Positions 9,216 to 16,913 of a stretch of 64,000 nt of DNA are shown here, piece by piece. Numbering within the stretch: position 1 is the first letter of the stretch; the number at the start of each line of letters is the position of its first letter. The DNA lies in contig CALDEU010000060.1 in the NCBI GenBank assembly GCA_937942395.1, forward strand, positions 34,699 to 98,698, given 5' to 3'. The translations under genes were made by a program, and so were the position numbers. This DNA is from an uncultured Collinsella sp. (lineage in GTDB: Bacteria; Actinomycetota; Coriobacteriia; Coriobacteriales; Coriobacteriaceae). The notes under the pieces are model-generated. The model made no database searches and was not told the DNA's origin. It saw only the letters and a list, made by a program, of their open reading frames with translations.

Positions 9216-10139
9216 ATGGCAAACGTTCTTGTCTTTGGTCACCAGAACCCCGATAACGACGCCATCATGAGCGCCGTCGTCCTGTCCCAGCTGCTCAACC
9301 AGGTTGAGTATGCCGGCAACACCTACGAGGCCTGCGCCCTTGGCCAGCTTCCGGCCGAGTCCGCCAAGCTGCTCGCCGACGCCGGCATCGCCGAGCCTCG
9401 CGTGATCGAGTCCGTCGAGGCCGGTCAGCTCGTCGTCCTCACCGACCACAACGAGTCCGCCCAGTCCGTCGCCGGCCTTAAGGACGCCACGGTCTTTGGC
9501 GTTGTCGATCATCACCGCATCGGCGACTTCGAGACCGCCGGCCCGCTGCACTACATCTGCCTGCCCTGGGGCTCCAGCTGCACCATCGTCACCAAGCTCG
9601 CCGGCGTGCTCGGCGTTGAGCTTTCCGACGTTCAGGCCAAGCTGCTGCTCTCGGCCATGATGACCGACACGCTCATGCTCAAGAGCCCCACCACCACCGA
9701 TGTCGACCGCGCCGTCGCCGCCAAGCTCGGCGAGCAGGTGGGCGTCGACCCGGTCAAGTTTGGCATGGAAGTCTTCCTCACCCGCCCGTCCGGCTCCTTC
9801 ACCGCAGCCGAGATGGTCGGCAACGACATCAAGATGTTCGAGCCCGCCGGCAAGAAGCTGCTCATCGGCCAGTACGAGACTGTCGACAAGACCCGCGCAC
9901 TCGGCATGATCGACGAGATTCGCGAGGCCATGCGCGCCTACGCCGCTGAGAAAGGTGCCGACGGCATCGTCCTGTGCATCACTGACATCATGGAGGAGGG
10001 CTCGCAGGTCCTGCTCGAGGGCGAGACCGAGGCCGCTCAGAAGGGCCTGGGCATTGCCGACGAGCACGACGGCGTCTGGATGCCGGGCGTCCTCTCCCGT
10101 AAGAAGCAGGTCGCTGCCCCCATCATGGCCGCCTGCTAG
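9216..10139 (+). CDS. ppaC: Manganese-dependent inorganic pyrophosphatase (family II, DHH/DHHA2).
   Basis: FGHQNPDxD and DHHR motifs. Near-collinear similarity to family II PPases, including C-terminal GVxSRKKQVxP. Confidence 0.9.
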   Translation: MANVLVFGHQNPDNDAIMSAVVLSQLLNQVEYAGNTYEACALGQLPAESAKLLADAGIAEPRVIESVEAGQLVVLTDHNESAQSVAGLKDATVFGVVDHHRIGDFETAGPLHYICLPWGSSCTIVTKLAGVLGVELSDVQAKLLLSAMMTDTLMLKSPTTTDVDRAVAAKLGEQVGVDPVKFGMEVFLTRPSGSFTAAEMVGNDIKMFEPAGKKLLIGQYETVDKTRALGMIDEIREAMRAYAAEKGADGIVLCITDIMEEGSQVLLEGETEAAQKGLGIADEHDGVWMPGVLSRKKQVAAPIMAAC

Positions 10140-10160
10140 GTTTAGTTGACCAAGCGCCAC

Positions 10161-10198
10161 GACCGGACCGCGGACGCCCCGCGCTCCGGTCGTTTTTT
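10161..10198 (+). terminator. Rho-independent terminator after ppaC.
   Basis: GC-rich hairpin GACCGGACCGCGG...CGCTCCGGTCG followed by TTTTTTG. Confidence 0.6.
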
Positions 10199-10241
10199 GT
10201 GCACGGCGCCGCGTCGTCTCTTGGACAGGTATGCCCGTGCC

Positions 10242-10262
10242 GTTGAACAAATAATGTTCAAC
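10242..10262. promoter_or_regulatory. Perfect palindrome GTTGAACA-AATAA-TGTTCAAC upstream of nhaA. Candidate operator.
   Basis: Seen directly. Lies ~150 bp upstream of the nhaA start. Confidence 0.35.
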
Positions 10263-10406
10263 CTGTGGTTCCGCTTTTCGGCCACGCCTGCGTGCTTGTC
10301 GTGCAGGGTAGGCTAGATGCAAGCGTAATACGTTAGAGCGCGGCGCCGCCACTTGGGCGGGCCGTGCTTTTTTAAGACGGGAGCTTTCCCGTGAAAGGAG
10401 CCGCCC

Positions 10407-11765
10407 ATGGCAGCAACTGAGCAGCTGTTCAACGTTCGTGAGCGCAAGCGCTTTGAACGTCACGACATCTGGGAGCGCATCGCCGAGAACGGCACGATTT
10501 CCGCCGCCGTCATGGTCTTCGCCGCCATCGCCGCCGTCATTTGCGCCAATACCGATGCCTACGAGGCCATCCATCACTTTTTGGAGACCCCGCTGTATGT
10601 GGGTCTGGGCAACCTTACGGCCGGTCTCACCGTCGAGCTTTTCGTCAACGACTTCCTCATGGCGATTTTCTTTTTGCTGGTGGGCATTGAGCTCAAGTAT
10701 GAGATGACGGTCGGCGAGCTCAAAAACCCGCGCCAGGCTATGCTTCCCATGCTGGCGGCCGTGGGCGGCGTCGTCGTTCCCGCCTGCATCTATCTGATCT
10801 TTAACCATGCCGGCGCGCACAACGGCTGGGCCATTCCCATGGCAACCGATATTGCCTTTGCGCTGGGCGTGCTGTCGCTTTTGGGTAATCGCGTGCCCAA
10901 CGGCGTGCGCGTGTTCTTCTCGACGCTCGCCATCGCCGACGACCTCATTTCCATCGCCGCCATCGCCATCTTCTACGGTCAGAGCCCCAATCCGTTTTGG
11001 TTGGGCGCCGCCGCGCTTGTGACCTGCGCGCTCGTGTGGCTCAACAAGACGCAGCATTACCGCCTTGCCCCGTATTCGGTACTGGGTCTGCTGCTGTGGT
11101 TCTGCATGTTCAAGAGCGGCGTACATGCCACGCTTGCTGGTGTCATCTTGGCCTTTACCATCCCGGCCAAGTGCGGCGTCAAGCTCGATAGCCTCACCGA
11201 TTGGTTGGGCGAGTGCCTGCCGCTGCTCGACGACCGCTACGACGACGAGGCGCACATCTTGGGCCAGCATGACTTTACCGTCTCGACCACCAAGGTCGAG
11301 CGCGTCATGCACCGCGTGACCCCGCCGCTCATCCGCATGGAGCGTCTGATCTCCACGCCGGTCAACTTTGTGATCCTGCCGATCTTTGCGTTCGTGAACG
11401 CACAGGTTCGCCTAGTGGGCGTGGACATGAGCACACTACTCACCGACCCGGTGACGCTCGGCGTGTACTTTGGCATGCTGCTGGGCAAGCCGATCGGCAT
11501 CTTTGGTATGACGTTCGCCTTGGTCAAGCTCAAGATTTCCGAGCTGCCGCGCAATGTCAACTGGCACATGATTGCCGGTGTGGGCATTCTGGGCGGCATC
11601 GGCTTTACCATGTCGATTCTCATCAGCGGCCTTGCCTTCCCGACGGCCCAGTTTGAGGTCCTGGCCGCCAAGGCCGCCATCCTTGCCGGTTCGGTCACCG
11701 CTGCCGTGCTCGGCATGATCTACATGAGCGTGGTCTGCAAACACCCCGCGCCCAAAGACGAGTAA
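10407..11765 (+). CDS. nhaA: Na+/H+ antiporter NhaA.
   Basis: 452 aa polytopic membrane protein with characteristic NhaA motifs (IADDLISIAAIAIFY; GGIGFTMSI). Confidence 0.9.
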   Translation: MAATEQLFNVRERKRFERHDIWERIAENGTISAAVMVFAAIAAVICANTDAYEAIHHFLETPLYVGLGNLTAGLTVELFVNDFLMAIFFLLVGIELKYEMTVGELKNPRQAMLPMLAAVGGVVVPACIYLIFNHAGAHNGWAIPMATDIAFALGVLSLLGNRVPNGVRVFFSTLAIADDLISIAAIAIFYGQSPNPFWLGAAALVTCALVWLNKTQHYRLAPYSVLGLLLWFCMFKSGVHATLAGVILAFTIPAKCGVKLDSLTDWLGECLPLLDDRYDDEAHILGQHDFTVSTTKVERVMHRVTPPLIRMERLISTPVNFVILPIFAFVNAQVRLVGVDMSTLLTDPVTLGVYFGMLLGKPIGIFGMTFALVKLKISELPRNVNWHMIAGVGILGGIGFTMSILISGLAFPTAQFEVLAAKAAILAGSVTAAVLGMIYMSVVCKHPAPKDE

Positions 11766-12032
11766 GAGCGCGAAAACCGGCTCCAGAACCGATTCGGGCG
11801 CGTTCAAAATGCGGATTCGGGCGGTGCTTGCCGCCTGCCAGACACGCCGGTGGTCAAAAAACGCCGTTTGTGAGTACTGTCACAAACGGCGTTTCATTTT
11901 AGGTATGGAAAATAATGAACAAAGTTATAAGAACTGTACGTTAATGAGTGATCATCGACTTCCAATTTGGCGCTAGCTGACGGTGATTAGGGAGTTTCAA
12001 GTCGAGTTTTGCCGATTTCGACCAAGAATCGC

Positions 12033-12067
12033 TGCTACTAAAAAGGCAACAGTACTCATATTTGCCC
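12033..12067. repeat. Solo copy of the 35-bp terminal inverted repeat of the MITE-like element at 27811-28003.
   Basis: CTGCTACTAAAAAGGCAACAGTACTCATATTTGCC versus CTGCTACTAAATTGGTGACAGTACTCATATTTGCC at 27969-28003. Confidence 0.55.
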
Positions 12068-12138
12068 TTTTTTGGCCACAAGCCCTAAAACAAGCCTCGC
12101 CAGGGTCGGGAAGCGGGCCAAATCGTCGGCCTCGAGGC

Positions 12139-12393
12139 TTATTCCACCGTTCCGTAGACGGCGCCCCAGCCGTGGGCGGCCAAGGCGGAGTTGAGCTGGT
12201 CGCAAAGCGATTGGCGGTCGTAGTAGCCGGGCGGCAAAAGGTTCACGATTTCCATGAGATCGGGCGCCAGGTCCAAGATCTCGGCCTGTACGATGAGATC
12301 CAGGCGGTCGATGGCGTGGCGGTCGTAAAACAGTCCGTCGACCAGGCGCTGCAGGTCGCCGAATTCCTCGGCCTGGAACGATCCGTACTCCAT
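12139..12393 (-). CDS. Hypothetical small protein (84 aa). No recognisable family.
   Basis: High GC3 codon bias. AAGGAGG RBS 5 nt upstream of ATG 12393. Product: MEYGSFQAEEFGDLQRLVDGLFYDRHAIDRL... Confidence 0.5.
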   Translation of the reverse strand: MEYGSFQAEEFGDLQRLVDGLFYDRHAIDRLDLIVQAEILDLAPDLMEIVNLLPPGYYDRQSLCDQLNSALAAHGWGAVYGTVE

Positions 12394-12542
12394 AGTGCCT
12401 CCTTGGGCGCCCCACGCCGGCATGCGCGGCGATTCGTAATTCATTGCGATGGACTTAATCTATCACGGCTTCATACCCTTGCGGCGGTGGCGGTCTATAC
12501 TTAGACGAACTGCAACGTCCCGCTTCGCGAAAGGTCGCACCC

Positions 12543-13847
12543 ATGCAGACGATCTACCAGAAGATGGAAACCACCGAACTCGATGCCGCCATCGAGGCGC
12601 TCAAAGCCGAGGTCGCCGAGGTCAAGGCCAAGGGCCTGGCGCTCGACATGGCCCGCGGCAAGCCGTCGCCCTCCCAGGTGGACATCTCTCGACCCATGCT
12701 CGATATCCTCAATGCCGATGCCGATCTGCACGACGGCAACGTCGACTGCTCCAACTACGGCTGCTTTGAGGGCATTCCCTCGGCGCGCAAGCTAGCGGGG
12801 GAGTTCCTGGGTTGCCCCGCCGAGCAGACGCTCGTACTGGGTTCGTCGAGCCTGCTGATCGAGCACGATATCGCCGGCATGTTCTGGCGCTGCGGCTCGT
12901 GCGGCAGCGAGCCCTGGGAGGCTTACGAGGCCGCGCATGACGGCAAGAAGGTCAAGTTCCTGTGCCCGGTTCCCGGCTACGACCGCCACTTTGGCATCAC
13001 CGCCGACTTGGGTATCGAGAACGTCCCCGTCGCGATGACTGACAACGGCCCCGACATGGACGAGATCGAGCGCCTGGTTGCCGCCGACGACTCCATTAAG
13101 GGCATCTGGTGCGTGCCCAAGTATTCCAACCCCACGGGCATCACCTTTAGCGAGGACACCGTGCGCCGCCTGGTCGAGATGCCCACGGCCGCGCCCGATT
13201 TCCGCATCTTCTGGGACAACGCCTACTGCGTGCACGACTTGTACGACGAGACCGACGAGCTCGCAAACATCTTTGACCTCGCTCGCGCGGCGGGCACCGA
13301 GGACCGTGTGGTGGCCTTTGCCTCGACGTCCAAGATCACCTTCCCGGGCGCCGGCATCGGCTTTATCGGTGCGAGCCCCGCGGTCATCGCCGAGTTCTCC
13401 AAGCGCCTGAAGGCCGGCCTTATCAGCGCCGACAAGCTCAACCAGCTGCGCCACGTGCGCTTCCTTCCCACCATCGAGGCGGTCAAGGAGCACATGAAAA
13501 AGCATGCCGAGTTTTTGCGCCCGCGCTTTGAGGCCGTTGAGCGCAAGCTCACCGAGGGCCTGGGCGATACGGGTTGCGCCACTTGGACGCATCCCCGCGG
13601 CGGCTACTTTGTGAGCTTTGATGGTCCCGAGGGCTCGGCCCAAAAGGTCGCCGCGCTTTGTGCCGACCTGGGCGTCAAGCTCACGCCGGCTGGTGCCACC
13701 TGGCCTTATGGCAAGGATCCGCGCGACACCAACATCCGCATCGCGCCGAGCTATCCCACGGTCGATGACCTGGAGGCCGCGCTCGACGTGCTGGTGCTGG
13801 CCGTTAAGCTTGTCGCTGCCGAGCTTGCTCGTGCCGAGCGCGCCTAA
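12543..13847 (+). CDS. PLP-dependent aminotransferase, class I/II fold.
   Basis: 434 aa. N-terminal coiled segment then the LDMARGKPS motif typical of a clostridial-type putative aminotransferase family. Confidence 0.8.
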   Translation: MQTIYQKMETTELDAAIEALKAEVAEVKAKGLALDMARGKPSPSQVDISRPMLDILNADADLHDGNVDCSNYGCFEGIPSARKLAGEFLGCPAEQTLVLGSSSLLIEHDIAGMFWRCGSCGSEPWEAYEAAHDGKKVKFLCPVPGYDRHFGITADLGIENVPVAMTDNGPDMDEIERLVAADDSIKGIWCVPKYSNPTGITFSEDTVRRLVEMPTAAPDFRIFWDNAYCVHDLYDETDELANIFDLARAAGTEDRVVAFASTSKITFPGAGIGFIGASPAVIAEFSKRLKAGLISADKLNQLRHVRFLPTIEAVKEHMKKHAEFLRPRFEAVERKLTEGLGDTGCATWTHPRGGYFVSFDGPEGSAQKVAALCADLGVKLTPAGATWPYGKDPRDTNIRIAPSYPTVDDLEAALDVLVLAVKLVAAELARAERA

Positions 13848-13913
13848 CGCCTAGGGCCCCGCAAGTCCGCGCCCAGTACTATCCGCACTTTCGATACGTA
13901 AAGGAGCGTATAC

Positions 13914-14228
13914 ATGGATTTGGGTATTTCCACCAACCCCACGCCGGAGATCTACACCATTAAGGTAACCGGCGAGATCGATATCTCTAACGCCGATAGC
14001 CTGCGCAATGCTATCGACCTGGCGCTCGAGCAGCCCACTGAGGCCGTTGAGCTCGATTTTGCCCAGGTGAGCTACATCGATTCGACGGGCATTGGCGTGC
14101 TCGTGGGCGCCGCGCACCACGCGGTCGACCACGGTAAGCGCTTTAGCTGCACTAATGTGCAGCCCCAGGTGATGCGCGTGGTTCAGCTGCTGGGCGTCGA
14201 CCAGGAGATTTCGATCACGGCGGCATAA
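13914..14228 (+). CDS. STAS-domain anti-sigma-factor antagonist (SpoIIAA-like).
   Basis: 104 aa; DFAQVSYIDSTGIGVLV motif. RBS AAAGGAG upstream. Confidence 0.8.
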   Translation: MDLGISTNPTPEIYTIKVTGEIDISNADSLRNAIDLALEQPTEAVELDFAQVSYIDSTGIGVLVGAAHHAVDHGKRFSCTNVQPQVMRVVQLLGVDQEISITAA

Positions 14229-14381
14229 TCTTTGCCCCCAAAAGGGCGTGCCGTTTGGCATATGTTTGTGATGCGCTCGGACGTTTTGGCGTCCGGGCGC
14301 TATACTTGACCGAATGAATAGACGAGTTCCGGCCGAATGGCGCGGTGCGGGCTCGACTCACATCGAGCCTTGGAGGTATGT

Positions 14382-14966
14382 GTGTTTGGTATTGGAGAGG
14401 GTGAGCTGGCAATCATCGTGGTCTTCGGCTTTTTGCTGTTTGGCCCGGATAAGCTCCCGCAGATGGGCCGCACGATCGGCCGTGCCATCCGTCAGTTCCG
14501 CGAGACGCAGGAAAAGATGACGGCCGTTGTTCAGTCCGAGATCATCGATCCGGTAAGCGAAGCCGCGTCGGCCCCGGTCAAGCCCAAGAAGGCTGCCGTC
14601 GAGGATGATTCCGATGCGGACGAGGATACCGTCGAGACGGCTGCGCCCGCAAAGAAGGAGACCTTTGCCGAGCGCCGTGCCCGCCTTGCCGCCGAGAAGG
14701 CCGCGAGCGAGGGTGCCACCGAGGACGAAGGCGCTGCTGGTGAGGCCGAGGGCGCCGAGCCCGCCAAGGCCGAGCCTGCTGCTGCCGCCGTCGAGCCCGA
14801 GCCTGCTGCAGAGCCGGAGCCCGAGCCCGAGGCGGCAGAGCCCACGACGGCCGACCTCTATGCCCGTCGTCCCCGCAAGCGCAAGGCCGTCGTCGACCAG
14901 CTTGCCCGCGAGCTCGAGGCCGAGGACGATGCCGCTGCCGATGCCCCGAAGGGAGACGATGAGTAA
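14382..14966 (+). CDS. tatA: Twin-arginine translocase TatA/TatB-family protein (GTG start) with a ~110-aa Ala/Glu/Pro-rich acidic tail.
   Basis: N-terminus MFGIGEGELAIIVVFGFLLFGPDKLPQMGRTIGRAIRQFRE matches the TatA/B amphipathic-helix signature. GGAGG RBS at 14372-14376. Confidence 0.8.
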   Translation: MFGIGEGELAIIVVFGFLLFGPDKLPQMGRTIGRAIRQFRETQEKMTAVVQSEIIDPVSEAASAPVKPKKAAVEDDSDADEDTVETAAPAKKETFAERRARLAAEKAASEGATEDEGAAGEAEGAEPAKAEPAAAAVEPEPAAEPEPEPEAAEPTTADLYARRPRKRKAVVDQLARELEAEDDAAADAPKGDDE

Positions 14967-15757
14967 TGCCTATCGGACCTGCGCGTATGCCGCTCTTCGA
15001 TCACCTGGGAGAGCTCCGTCGCCGCCTGACCATCGTGGTCGTCTCGGTGTTTGCCGCAGCCATCGTGCTGTATTTCGCCACGCCCGTGGTGCTCGACATC
15101 CTGGAAGATCCCATCCGCTCCTTTGTGCCGGATGGTAAGTTCTACATCACCACCACGCTCGGCGGCTTTGGCCTGCGCTTCTCGCTGGCCATCAAGATGG
15201 CCGTGGTCATGTGCACGCCCATGATCATCTGGCAGATTCTGGCGTTTTTCCTGCCGGCGCTTCGCCCCAACGAGCGCAAGTGGGTCGTGCCCACGGTGCT
15301 CGCCTCGACGGTGCTGTTCTTCCTGGGCGCAATCTTTTGCTACTTCATCATCATCCCTGCGGGCTTTGAGTGGCTCATCGGCGAAACCTCGGCCGTCGCC
15401 ACGGCGCTGCCCGATCTGGAGAACTACGTCAACATGGAGCTGCTCTTTATGATCGGCTTTGGTGTGGCGTTTGAGCTGCCGCTCATCATCTTTTACCTGT
15501 CCGTCTTCCATATCGTGTCCTACGCGGCCTTCCGCAGCGCCTGGCGTTACGTATACGTTGGCCTGCTTGTGGGCTCGGCTGTGATTACGCCCGACGGCTC
15601 GCCCGTTACGCTGGGCCTCATGTATGGCGCCCTGCTCTCGCTCTACGAGATTTCGCTCGCCATCGCCCGTGTGGTCATTACCGCGCGCGAGGGCAAGGAG
15701 GGCTTGTTCGTGAGTCGTCTGGACCTGTTCTCGGACGATGAGGACGACGAGGAGTAA
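14966..15757 (+). CDS. tatC: Twin-arginine translocase subunit TatC.
   Basis: Six-TM protein with TatC signature (FDHLGELRRRL...). Start overlaps the tatA stop (TAATG). Confidence 0.9.
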   Translation: MPIGPARMPLFDHLGELRRRLTIVVVSVFAAAIVLYFATPVVLDILEDPIRSFVPDGKFYITTTLGGFGLRFSLAIKMAVVMCTPMIIWQILAFFLPALRPNERKWVVPTVLASTVLFFLGAIFCYFIIIPAGFEWLIGETSAVATALPDLENYVNMELLFMIGFGVAFELPLIIFYLSVFHIVSYAAFRSAWRYVYVGLLVGSAVITPDGSPVTLGLMYGALLSLYEISLAIARVVITAREGKEGLFVSRLDLFSDDEDDEE

Positions 15758-15763
15758 ATCGGT

Positions 15764-16120
15764 ATGCACGAGGTTGGCATTGTCAACGGCATACTCGATA
15801 CAGTGATTCGTGCGGCGCGTGGGGCGGGGGCCTCGCGCGCCGTTTTGGTAACGCTGCGTATCGGGGATATGACCGAGGTCGTGCGCGGGGCGCTTGACTT
15901 TGCGTGGGAGACGTTTCGTGACGAGGACCCGCTCACGCAAGGTTGTGAGCTTGCGGTAGAGGAGGTCCATCCGCAAAGCGAGTGTCTGGACTGCGGTGAG
16001 GTTTTCGATCATGATCGCTTCCACTGCCGCTGCCCCCAGTGCGGCGGCGCCAATGTGCGCCTACTGCACGGCCGCGAGCTCGACATCGCAAGTATCGAAA
16101 TCGAGACCCCCGACGATTAG
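15764..16120 (+). CDS. hypA: Hydrogenase/urease nickel-incorporation protein HypA.
   Basis: MHE N-terminus and CxxC...CxxC zinc ribbon. 118 aa. Confidence 0.9.
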   Translation: MHEVGIVNGILDTVIRAARGAGASRAVLVTLRIGDMTEVVRGALDFAWETFRDEDPLTQGCELAVEEVHPQSECLDCGEVFDHDRFHCRCPQCGGANVRLLHGRELDIASIEIETPDD

Positions 16121-16175
16121 CCCATCAGCCATCTGGGGACGGGGTATAAAGGGGCAGAAGTAAGGAGTGCCGAAT

Positions 16176-16859
16176 ATGGCCGAGAAAACGATTGATATCG
16201 CGTCGCCGATTCTGTCGCGCAACGAGCGCCTGGCAGATCAGCTGCGTGAGCGATTTAAAGAGACAAACACCTACGTGATTAACGTGCTGTCGAGCCCCGG
16301 CTCGGGCAAGACCACCACGATCCTGGGCACCAACGAGCGCCTGCGCGACAAGGCTGGCCTGCGCTGCGCCGTCATCGAGGGCGACATCGCCTCGGACGTC
16401 GACGCCATTACCATGAAGGAAGCCGGCATGCCCGCCATCCAGATCAACACGGGCGGCCTGTGCCACCTCGAGGGCAACATGATCATGGAGGCCGTCGACG
16501 CGTTCGACCAGGCTGTGGGTCTGGAAAACATTGACGTCATCTTTATCGAAAACGTGGGCAACCTGGTCTGCCCGGTCGACTTTGACCTGGGTGAGAACCT
16601 GTCCATCATGATCCTCTCTGTGCCCGAGGGCGACGACAAGCCCATCAAGTACCCGGGCATCTTCCAACACGCCGGCGCGCAGCTGCTCAACAAGGTCGAT
16701 GTGGCCCCGGCTTTCGATTTTGACATGGATAGGTATACTAAGACACTCGATGACCTCAATCCGCAGGCGCCGCGGTTTGCCGTGAGCGCGCGCAAGGGCG
16801 AGGGCATGGATGCCTGGTGCGATTGGCTCATCGGGCAGATTGAGCAAGCAAGGGCGTAA
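16176..16859 (+). CDS. hypB: Nickel-incorporation GTPase HypB.
   Basis: GSGKTT P-loop and ENVGNLVCP motif. AAGGAG RBS 8 nt upstream of ATG 16176. Confidence 0.9.
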   Translation: MAEKTIDIASPILSRNERLADQLRERFKETNTYVINVLSSPGSGKTTTILGTNERLRDKAGLRCAVIEGDIASDVDAITMKEAGMPAIQINTGGLCHLEGNMIMEAVDAFDQAVGLENIDVIFIENVGNLVCPVDFDLGENLSIMILSVPEGDDKPIKYPGIFQHAGAQLLNKVDVAPAFDFDMDRYTKTLDDLNPQAPRFAVSARKGEGMDAWCDWLIGQIEQARA

Positions 16860-16913
16860 GTCGGCCGCCATACGGGCGGGCGTAGCCGCAGAGATACGAG
16901 ATAGGAGCCTCTT

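Noticed and set aside
11983-12504. 173-aa plus-strand ORF overlapping the small minus-strand gene.
   Set aside because: It reads across the TIR repeat and intergenic sequence with poor codon usage. The minus-strand 84-aa gene has the RBS and the better bias.
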